Made by a program: the position numbers and the translations under genes | Source of the DNA: an uncultured virus (IMG/VR IMGVR_UViG_2627853864_000004) | Taxonomy: Duplodnaviria > Heunggongvirae > Uroviricota > Caudoviricetes | Length of the DNA stretch: 64,000 bases | Reading direction: 5' to 3' (one strand) | Virus record (IMG/VR): IMGVR_UViG_2627853864_000004 | In this document: in pieces, positions 1 through 8,035 of the stretch | Layout of the letters: the number at the start of each line of letters is the position of its first letter | Numbering within the stretch: position 1 is the stretch's first letter | The notes under the pieces: generated by a model | What the model was told of the DNA's origin: nothing | Seen by the model: the letters and a program-made list of their open reading frames with translations, nothing else | Databases searched by the model: none

Positions 1-261
1 TCACACGCTCACCGTGGTGATGGCATCGCCGCCGTCTCCGTCGGTGGTGTCGTAGCGGGCACCACCGGTGGACAGGTCGCCGGCCTGGCCGCTGATCCGG
101 TCGGCCTGGCGACGGCGAAGCGAGGACAGCGCCGCGTCCATCGCGGCGATGCCGACGTTCGAGGACACCTCGCCTTCGCCGGCCAGTGCAGCGGTAGCGA
201 CATCGCTGTCGGCGGCTGCGATGCGCAGGCCGTCAGAGTTCACATTCAGTTTGTTTGCCAT
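1..261 (-). CDS. Small ESX/type VII secretion target-like protein (EspC/EspF-like)
   Basis: 86 aa helical; N-terminal 'LNVNSDGLRIAA' and C-terminal YxxxD-type signal 'RYDTTD'. Confidence 0.55.
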   Translation of the reverse strand: MANKLNVNSDGLRIAAADSDVATAALAGEGEVSSNVGIAAMDAALSSLRRRQADRISGQAGDLSTGGARYDTTDGDGGDAITTVSV

Positions 262-896
262 GCCAATCCCCCAACCGGCGAACACCTGGTCGTGAGGCTA
301 CCTCACGATTGCTGGGGGACGTGACAATGTTCGGCAACTACGATTTGCGCAGCTTGAGTGGCTGAAACGCCCAGTCTGTCGAGGCTCACCAGGAGCGCGC
401 CAACGGACACAGCGAACCCGGCGACGAGCTTCCAGGGTTCGTGTCCCGGATCCCGGAGAGCATCGGCACCACCCGGCCCGTACCGGGGTACGGGTTTTGG
501 CCGTTGGTCCGGATGAACTTCTGGCGTCGGCGTCGGTGCGGTTGATCCGTCGATGGAACGTGACTGCAGCTATTGGGGGTCGGGCGACCCGGAGCAATCC
601 GCTCGCGGTGACAGCCGCGCCGCGCGGGAGTACAGGCGAAACAGACAACGGCGCAGGTCATCCGCATGCCGCGTCCACCGACGCGGGGAGGACGAGAGTC
701 CAGAGCGTGTCAGTCGCGCGTGCCGGCCGGATCAATCGCCGAATCGCGGCAGCGGCCCTGCGCCGCCCGGGTCCCACATCGAAGGTGAGCACGTCAGGCA
801 GGGCTCGCGCCCCGTGCGGTGAATCAGCGCACGGGGCGCGATGGTGGGCCCGCAGTGACAGAACAAGGCGCCTTCGGACGATAGAAAGACGACACG

Positions 897-1190
897 ATGC
901 CCAATTACACCCGTGACGGCAACTACGACATCAACCTGATCAGCTCCGGCTCCGGCTGGCTGGGCACCTTCGCCGCCACAGTGTCCTCCACAGCCGCCGA
1001 CATCCTCACCGACGGCGAACCTTACGGGCCCGTCACCATCACCACTGGACCGGACTCCCCGGCACCTGACATGACCATCACCGGCACCCTCACCGAGGCC
1101 GACGCGCAGGCCCTGACGGTGATCGCCGACGACGACGCCCGCACAGTGCACCGCATTCCCGTCAACACCGTCGTGCGGTTCAGCGCCTAA
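897..1190 (+). CDS. Hypothetical protein
   Basis: ATG after purine-rich GAAAG; GC3-biased codons; first of a co-oriented small-ORF run. Confidence 0.65.
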   Translation: MPNYTRDGNYDINLISSGSGWLGTFAATVSSTAADILTDGEPYGPVTITTGPDSPAPDMTITGTLTEADAQALTVIADDDARTVHRIPVNTVVRFSA

Positions 1191-1497
1191 CCACCGCAAG
1201 GGGCCTCATGAGTCACCTTGACCCCGGAAACCGCTGAAGGGAACAGCACGTGCCCATCGACATCCAACCCGAGCAGGCAACCGTCCGGACGCAGCCGACG
1301 TCGGACTCGAAGATCAGATCCTGGACCCGCTCGCTGCGGACCTCATTGCCGCCGTCCTGAACAACCAAGACCGTACCGTCGCCGCGGAGCGCACGCGGCG
1401 TGCTGTCCAACAGGCACGAGGTGAGCGCTGAAGCCCGAGGCGAAGCGGGGTGCCGGCGGTCGAACTCCGTGCACTGGTGCGAAGAAAGGGAACTGAC

Positions 1498-1854
1498 ATG
1501 GACGTGACCGTCAACAGCATGGTCGACCGAGCGGTTTCAGATGGAATGAACCCCACGGCTGCGCGAACTGTCCTGACCGATGTGCTCGCCAACTACACAG
1601 GCGACGATCTCGAGTACCAGCTCGTAAGTCTCGGCTACGCCAGCGAGGCGGAGGCGTACCACTACGCGCATCAGGATCCGGGTATGCCCGAGGTGGTCGA
1701 GTGGATCAAGGGGAAGTACGGTCCGGTCGGTCTCGTACGGCTCACCTATGACGACTGGAATCAGCACTGCTACAAGTGCTGCGCAGGGCTCGCTGAAGGT
1801 GATCTGGCGCAGGACTGCGGCGATCACTGGCTGTGCCGGAACTGCGCTCGCTGA
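1498..1854 (+). CDS. Hypothetical protein with C-terminal Cys-rich (zinc-finger-like) motif
   Basis: RBS AAAGGGA before ATG; 'CYKCC...CGDHWLCRNC'. Confidence 0.65.
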   Translation: MDVTVNSMVDRAVSDGMNPTAARTVLTDVLANYTGDDLEYQLVSLGYASEAEAYHYAHQDPGMPEVVEWIKGKYGPVGLVRLTYDDWNQHCYKCCAGLAEGDLAQDCGDHWLCRNCAR

Positions 1855-1900
1855 CCGGCACAAATCTCGAACCATCACCGATCACGAAGGAATCCACTCC

Positions 1901-2116
1901 ATGCGTAAGAAGACCGTGTTCGACCTGTGCGAGAGCCACGCCAGCCTAGGCGGTGGCCGTCGCACCGCAGAGATTGTCTGCGAAGGCGGGCCCGCCTACG
2001 GATCGCCGTGCACGCCGCGGCCGTGCCGGATCCTGCCCGGCTCGGACTATTTCGCGGAGTCGGCGACCGATGAGGTGGCTGCCGAGTGGGTCCGCGACTG
2101 GGCCATCAACCGGTAG
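1901..2116 (+). CDS. Hypothetical protein
   Basis: RBS GAAGGA; good codon bias. Confidence 0.55.
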   Translation: MRKKTVFDLCESHASLGGGRRTAEIVCEGGPAYGSPCTPRPCRILPGSDYFAESATDEVAAEWVRDWAINR

Positions 2117-2130
2117 ACCAGGAGCAATCG

Positions 2131-2421
2131 ATGCACGCCACCGTCACCGTCGTCTCGGACACCGAGCACGATCCGTACACCTGCTTCTGGGCCGAACTCC
2201 GCGACGTTCCCGCCGTGGACGCGGCGAACTACTTCATCGGCTCCGACAACTGGACGCAGGTCGAAGAAGAGCCGGAACCTGAGGCGCACCCGCACTCCGC
2301 GTCGGTCGAGCGCGACGGGCACCCTCCGCTGCACTTCATCGCATCGGAGCCCGCAGTCGCGGACGCGGCCTCCGATGCGCTCGTGAAGATCCTCGGGCGC
2401 GGCCCCGACAGCGTCCACTGA
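2131..2421 (+). CDS. Hypothetical acidic protein
   Basis: RBS AGGAG; GC3 bias. Confidence 0.65.
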   Translation: MHATVTVVSDTEHDPYTCFWAELRDVPAVDAANYFIGSDNWTQVEEEPEPEAHPHSASVERDGHPPLHFIASEPAVADAASDALVKILGRGPDSVH

Positions 2422-3151
2422 ACTTCCCCCAACCCACGGAGACCACCGTGCCCGTCAACACCCAGACCTTGATCGACTGTCGCGTCGTCGGCGCGTCGGG
2501 GAACTGCGTTGCGCATATACGCCCGTCTCGCACCGCGTCCGCCAATTGAGTCGGTGTGACTTGGCGGCCCGGGGTGGTGCCAACTTCGCCGGGGATGGCT
2601 CCGACGCTGATTTCGCGTGGGCGGGTCCAAAACTCGGTGGAACCGATCGCGGCCGGGGTGCGTCCAACTGGTTGTGGACGAATACGCGGAGGATCTGACT
2701 GGGCCTCAGTTGCCGTCCGAGGTGGAGGAGTACCTGGCTGGAGAACGCGAATGGCACAGGCTGCTGCGCGGGACCGGGGCTGTGTCGGCGGAGGAGGCCG
2801 CCGAGGCGCTGATGCCGTGGGCGGGGCAGTGACCCGTTACCGGTACGCCGGCCGGCTACGGATCTGGGTGTTCTCTGGCAACCCGACGCCCTTCTGCGCC
2901 AAGGCCCGTAGCACCGACTGCCCGACGCCCAGCGGTAGTGCCGCCGAGCTATGTGCCAGCGCAACCGGGATGACAGCGTTCGGATACAGCCGTGTCCGAA
3001 CACCGTCGAGCACCTCGCAGATTCTGCCGCTGTCGTTGCCGTACATGGCCATGACGCCACGCGGGCCGACAATCACGCCGGGAATCTCGCCGCTCACTTC
3101 GCACCGCGCCCCACAACCGATGCCGGACGCATCTCTACGACGATGCCGCCC

Positions 3152-3397
3152 ATGGCCGATATCACCGCGCGCTCGATGGAACTGTTTCTCGATTACGCCC
3201 GCGACGCCGACAACTGGGGCGGGACCCCGCTCGTAGGCGGCAATGTCGGCGGCTCACGGGAGGACAACGGCAACCTCACGCAACTCAAGCAGGCCGGGCT
3301 GATCACCACGTTCAACCATGATCCGGGCGACACGTGGATCAGGTTCACCGAGGCTGGCAGAGCGTTGGCCGCAGAACACGGCGTCGAGATGGTCTGA
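3152..3397 (+). CDS. Hypothetical protein, possible winged-helix
   Basis: 'LTQLKQAGLIT...IRFTEAGRALA' resembles a wHTH wing/C-terminal helix. Confidence 0.6.
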   Translation: MADITARSMELFLDYARDADNWGGTPLVGGNVGGSREDNGNLTQLKQAGLITTFNHDPGDTWIRFTEAGRALAAEHGVEMV

Positions 3398-3574
3398 GAC
3401 CGGTTTCCCGCAACGTATTCGCCCCCGTTCCCCAGCCCTCGCCATGCGACACCAGGAGAACCGGTCACGTGGGCCCCACTCGCACACCTGCGAGGACACA
3501 CAGGTCGATCGCGTCGCAGCGCAAGATCGCGCCCCGGACTGTGACGGTCCTCATCGGCGGGAAACATCCCGGCC

Positions 3575-3919
3575 GTGAAGTGGATTGAAGCGACCCAAAC
3601 CGTCGAATTGACGCAGCGCAACGTGACTGCCCTCGCCGACAAACTCGACGACCGGCTCTCCTGCCGGACCCTGGTCACGGACTGTCGCCGGATCGCCGTC
3701 TGCTCCATCGAGGACTCCGACTGCACCGTCAGGGACAAGGCAGCTGCGGCTTCCACCGGCATCGTGCGACTGACCAGGTCCGATCTGGCGGCGCTGGCTT
3801 CCCCGGGCGCAGCAGTGGCCGCGGCGGGTGTGACCGTGGTCGCCGTCCAGGACAAGGATCACTACGGCGACCGCGCTCCCGGGACTGTCTACATGCCGAG
3901 CACTGAGGAGTACCGATGA
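3575..3919 (+). CDS. Hypothetical protein
   Basis: Stop overlaps next start (ATGA); internal repeat 'VELTQRNV/VRLTRSDL'. Confidence 0.55.
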   Translation: MKWIEATQTVELTQRNVTALADKLDDRLSCRTLVTDCRRIAVCSIEDSDCTVRDKAAAASTGIVRLTRSDLAALASPGAAVAAAGVTVVAVQDKDHYGDRAPGTVYMPSTEEYR

Positions 3920-4164
3920 GCCGGACGTACGACCGCAGCGAGGTTCCCGATCTGTCCGAAATCGGTGGGCACTGGGACCCGCGTCAACCCCAGTACCACC
4001 AGACCCCGGGAGGTTTCGTCTCCCCCGGCCGACTTGTGGCTCGGATTCCGGGTCGAGATTGGCCCAGTTCCCCCGAAGAGTGCACGGCGGGGCTCCGCGA
4101 TGCGGAGTGGATCCTGGGCGGTCGGGTCCTGATCTGCACCGGCTGTGGACTCGATGGCACATGA
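3916..4164 (+). CDS. Hypothetical protein with C-terminal CxxC
   Basis: Coupled by ATGA overlap; 'LICTGCGLDG'. Confidence 0.55.
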   Translation: MSRTYDRSEVPDLSEIGGHWDPRQPQYHQTPGGFVSPGRLVARIPGRDWPSSPEECTAGLRDAEWILGGRVLICTGCGLDGT

Positions 4165-4254
4165 TCGCGTCTTTTGTCCGCCACGCTCTCAGCCGGTCGC
4201 GAAGGGCAACACGGGGCGTATTTCCTCCGGACTGATACGCCTACCATGGCGTGC

Positions 4255-5556
4255 TCATTGGAACTCGCACAGATGGGTGAGCTTGATCTGATCGGTGCGC
4301 CAAACGATCATCTCGTTGTTGAGCACACCGCAGTGGCCGCCGCGGATGTAGAGCGAGTCGAACTTGCGGCCTTTATCGTCGGTGCCGGTGCGGGATCTGC
4401 GTACCAAATCAGACCCGTATGAGCCCGCAGTGGAGCGGCATTCCCGGCCCATCACCACGTCGGCGAGGAACATCAGAGGATTGCCCTGCCCACCACGACC
4501 CCGCTGCCCAGGGGCACTGCCGATCGCGTAGTTGAGGCTTTTCGTTGACTGGTCGGAGAAGTAGACACCATCGCCAAACATGCGGCCGGTCGTGTTGTAG
4601 GCACCTGCCGTCGACGGTGGGCAGATCAAGCCGGTACGCAAGATCGAGAGCACATTCCCCGTGGTGGTGCCGTGCCACAACTCACGCGTGTGTTTGAGGG
4701 AGTCCTTACGGGCGTCCCAGGCTGCGCCGTCTCCGTCGACGAGAGCCCACACACGGCGCAGTTTGAGCCGATTCGCGGCGTGCATGGAGTTGCGAGAATG
4801 ATCGAACTTCGCTGCAATGCGTGCGAAATCCTCATCCCCCGTACCCAGTTCGGTCATCGTGTGACGGAACGGGATTGCCACATTCTCAGCCTCGTCGTCG
4901 GCAGCCGCGGTTGACATGACGACCGCCGATTCCAACGCGTCAAGTAGGTCGTCCTGCTGTCGGCACCATGTGGACGTCACCCAGTCCGTCTCGCGAACGT
5001 TGGCGATTCTCTGCGGGATCAACGTCAGGTACCTCTCCACTGCCCAGCGGTCGTATCCGGAGCGCAGCTGGGCGAGTGCTGACCGCGCCGCGGTGACTTG
5101 GTCAAGCGACACGGGTCCCAGTGCGGTAGTCACCGATCCGCTGTCGCTGACCGTGATTCGGCCACCGGTGGCGCTGTCGATAGCGTGCCTGTTGTAGCGG
5201 ACCAGCTGGTCCAGCAGCTCGGCTGACGTCGATGGCACGGCACCGGGGAACAGACCGGCAGCGACGTGGCGGCGCAACGCGCCGTTTGCTGAGTGAGGTT
5301 TGCACGCCCGGGTGGAGGCTCCGTCGAACACGGTGTAGCCCTTGCGCAGCTTCTCATCGAGCTTGGCCCGGAAACTGCCGTGTCCGGGGTAGGTGCGGGC
5401 CTGGGCATTGCCAGCGCCGATGCGGCCCCACCGTGCCAGTGTCGATCCGTCAGGCATCCTCGACAGCTCGTAGAACTTGTTGTTGTTGCCGGCCGCGTTG
5501 ACCTGGATCAAGGTCACGGTCTCGACTGCATTGGTGGGCGTCGTGGCGGTGGTCAT
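4255..5556 (-). CDS. Poly(ADP-ribose) polymerase family protein: WGR + helical regulatory + PARP catalytic domains
   Basis: WGR 'NNNKFYEL...ARWGRIG'; helical domain 'LGPVSLDQV...YLTLIP'; H-Y-E triad in 'LWHGT', 'RMFGDGVYFSDQSTKSLNY', 'NNEMIVW'; RBS GGGGAG. Confidence 0.92.
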   Translation of the reverse strand: MTTATTPTNAVETVTLIQVNAAGNNNKFYELSRMPDGSTLARWGRIGAGNAQARTYPGHGSFRAKLDEKLRKGYTVFDGASTRACKPHSANGALRRHVAAGLFPGAVPSTSAELLDQLVRYNRHAIDSATGGRITVSDSGSVTTALGPVSLDQVTAARSALAQLRSGYDRWAVERYLTLIPQRIANVRETDWVTSTWCRQQDDLLDALESAVVMSTAAADDEAENVAIPFRHTMTELGTGDEDFARIAAKFDHSRNSMHAANRLKLRRVWALVDGDGAAWDARKDSLKHTRELWHGTTTGNVLSILRTGLICPPSTAGAYNTTGRMFGDGVYFSDQSTKSLNYAIGSAPGQRGRGGQGNPLMFLADVVMGRECRSTAGSYGSDLVRRSRTGTDDKGRKFDSLYIRGGHCGVLNNEMIVWRTDQIKLTHLCEFQ

Positions 5557-5576
5557 GTTCTTCTCCCCGTCTGGCT

Positions 5577-5593
5577 ATCTCTAAAATAGAGAT
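5577..5593 (-). promoter_or_regulatory. 17-bp palindrome copy 1 over predicted -10 of the PARP promoter
   Basis: ATCTCTAAAATAGAGAT; on - strand TTGTCA-18 bp-TATTTT. Confidence 0.75.
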
Positions 5594-5693
5594 TAGAGGA
5601 CAGGTGTGACAAGTAGTCGCACACGACCGCCAACGCGGCTTGGTCGTGGCGTTGGCAATCTGATGCGTCGGCGAGTGAAGCGTCCGATTAACG

Positions 5694-5930
5694 GCACTCG
5701 TGACGCGCAGCTGCGTCACGAGTGCTGCACCGATACGACCGGCCGCCGCGTCACCTGACGCAGTGACTTGACGCGGCTGAGCGCATTGCAGACGGACTCG
5801 TGACGCAGTGCTGCATCACGCGCACACGGAAAACGTTCCGCGCAGCTGTACCGCGTCATACGGTTCATGACGCACCGCTTCTGCATTGGTGACGCAATCA
5901 CCGCGGGCACCGATGCGTCAGCGTGACGCA
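5694..5930. repeat. Cluster of ~11 TGACGC(A/G) motifs in both orientations, including a perfect 13-bp inverted repeat
   Basis: GCACTCGTGACGC (5694-5706) / GCGTCACGAGTGC (5713-5725); further copies near 5747, 5756, 5769, 5801, 5852, 5868, 5890, 5914, 5924. Confidence 0.75.
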
Positions 5931-6405
5931 AAGCAGTTCTTCTGGCGCCCCGGAGTTTCGTGGCTACCAAACAGCTGCGGAGAAAGGCGCCAGCGCCCAG
6001 CTGCGCCACCGATCGATGGATGTGGAAACCGGCCGGGGTGTCGCATGCTGTCGCGAAAACCGGCATGTCGGATGTGCGGATACTCCCCCGCCGGCCACCC
6101 AGGGCGCGACGGCAGCTGGCGACTTCAACGGAGACTGCGAGCATTTAGCAACGTGATCATTGAGGGACGTGACAGCTCGCCATCGGTCCGCGCTAACCGC
6201 TGCCACAGGTGCAGATACAACCCCGGCTAGTCAAGGACGTCCCGCGAGCCGGCGACCTGCATGCGCCCATCAGTCGGCGCGGAATTCGAGCCGCAACGGG
6301 TACGCCTCAGCTCCGCTGATCCCGCCGTGCACGAGCACGTCGGCGGGTGGTTCACAGCGGAGGGTTCGGGGGCAGTTATCCATCGCCAAAGACTTTGAGG
6401 GAAGC

Positions 6406-6507
6406 TGTATCTGGCGTTGTATCGGTACATGTATCTATCTGTGTAGCTATCGCTGTATCGATCGCTGTAGCGAAGTCCGTAGCGTGCGCTGTAGCGCGGC
6501 CTGTAGC
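6406..6507. repeat. Nine (T/C)GTA(T/G)C hexamers in strict 12-bp phase
   Basis: Copies start at 6406, 6418, 6430, 6442, 6454, 6466, 6478, 6490, 6502 with variable 6-bp spacers. Confidence 0.85.
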
Positions 6508-6757
6508 GCGGACCCGTCATCGAACAAATACTCCTCACGCATGCGCGTTACGACATCGTGCGGCCTATAGGAGGCTCGCATCAGCCGGCCGACGATGCGA
6601 GAGGCCTGTAGCAATGTCGACTATGGGTGCCACAGCTCGCAGTGCCCCCAAAAGCGCCGCCTCGTCCGATGCGCGTCCTGCACCCGAATCGTGTTGCAAC
6701 TTCTGGTTTCCTGTTCGCGGCCGCCGCACCCAGCGCACGGGCCAGAAAGGGAATGCG

Positions 6758-7789
6758 GTGACCCCCTACGAAATACACACACGCGTACGTCGCCTGTTGT
6801 GGGCGCTGCTGGCATTCGCCACCACCGCTAGCCTGTCTGGAAACGTTGCTCGGACTGTGATCACGCACTCCGGTGCTGCCGCTGTCGGACCGATTGTCGC
6901 AGCCGCGCTGGCACCGTTCGCACTGTTGAGTCTCACTCACCTGCTTGGCTTGTGGTCACATATCGCCGCACGTGGTCCGACCTACTGGTGCTTCCTTGTC
7001 GCGATCGTCGCCCTGTCCGTAACGGCATTCAGGCTCTCTTTCGACGCACTGCGGTCGCTAGCCATCGAGTACGGATACACCCCGAACGAGGCGGCGCTCT
7101 TCCCCGTGATGATCGATGGAATCATCGCGGTCTGCACTCTCGGACTAGTCGTGCTGACGCGTATCGAGATCGCCGCGCTGGCACACCAAAGCGCCGCTGC
7201 TGACGCACACACTGACGCAACCAATGACGCACCTGACGCAGCACGTCACCTCACCTCTCGCCTGCGCGGCTGCATCACCACCGCGGTGCATCGCTTCAAC
7301 CGGAGCGGGCCGGTGACGCAAGCCCGGCCCGCGGTGATGCAGCAAAACGACACTCGTGAAGCACCTGTTGACGCGACGCATCGCGACGCAACTCCCGCCA
7401 CCACACGTGATGGGGTGCATCAGAACCAGACACCCGCAACGCTGCCACCACCTGGTCTTGAAGCACCCACATCCGCTTCGTCACTGTCCACGTCTGAACC
7501 GGCCACCGCTTCCGGCAGCGACCAAACGAACCGCCCACAGCCAGGAAGCTCGACGTACCCCGCGCCCCGACGGTCGCAGCTGTCGCGGTCCAAACACGCC
7601 GCTTTGGCTCACCAGCTCTTCGACTCGAAGCGTGTCGCCGCTGCCCCCGACATGATCTGCGCCGTCCTGGATCACAACGCGGAAAAGAAGCCGAGTCGGG
7701 AGATTGCAGCTGAACTCGGTACGTCACCGAGCAAGGTTCAGAGGATCCTGCGCGCAGCACGAGAAGTACAACAATCGGGCTTGGATTGA
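6758..7789 (+). CDS. DUF2637-like membrane protein with C-terminal HTH
   Basis: RBS AGAAAGGG + GTG; four hydrophobic segments; 'LSFDALRSLA...LFPVMIDG'; C-terminal 'SREIAAELGTSPSKVQRIL'. Confidence 0.75.
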   Translation: MTPYEIHTRVRRLLWALLAFATTASLSGNVARTVITHSGAAAVGPIVAAALAPFALLSLTHLLGLWSHIAARGPTYWCFLVAIVALSVTAFRLSFDALRSLAIEYGYTPNEAALFPVMIDGIIAVCTLGLVVLTRIEIAALAHQSAAADAHTDATNDAPDAARHLTSRLRGCITTAVHRFNRSGPVTQARPAVMQQNDTREAPVDATHRDATPATTRDGVHQNQTPATLPPPGLEAPTSASSLSTSEPATASGSDQTNRPQPGSSTYPAPRRSQLSRSKHAALAHQLFDSKRVAAAPDMICAVLDHNAEKKPSREIAAELGTSPSKVQRILRAAREVQQSGLD

Positions 7790-8035
7790 ACTTTGCTCGC
7801 CGCTTCCTGACCCGCGTTGGAATTGATGACAGCGAGCGATTCTGCGGCGCGGTCCGGCCGTTCTCGCTCCCCCGGCGTGTCGTGCTCGCTCCCTGGGCCA
7901 ACGCACCGCGCGCAGGCAAGGTGTCCCTGAAACGCATCAGGTCCGACCGATCCGCGACTGCAATCCCAGATGCGCCTCCCCGGACCAAGAAGGTGCGCGG
8001 CACCAGCCCCCGCCACCGACGGAAGGATCTAGTCA

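Noticed and set aside
2448..3100. Possible frameshifted gene or small - strand ORF
   Set aside because: Several short competing frames with no recognisable motif; cannot assign
6406..6507. Repeat-spacer pattern suggestive of a mini-CRISPR
   Set aside because: Repeats and spacers are only 6 bp; no cas genes in the window
6227..6538. ORF with striking RY tetrapeptide repeats
   Set aside because: By-product of the 12-bp DNA periodicity; no clear RBS and atypical codon usage
6347..6757. N-terminal extension of the 480-aa ORF
   Set aside because: Runs through the repeat array; a strong RBS and domain start support GTG 6758
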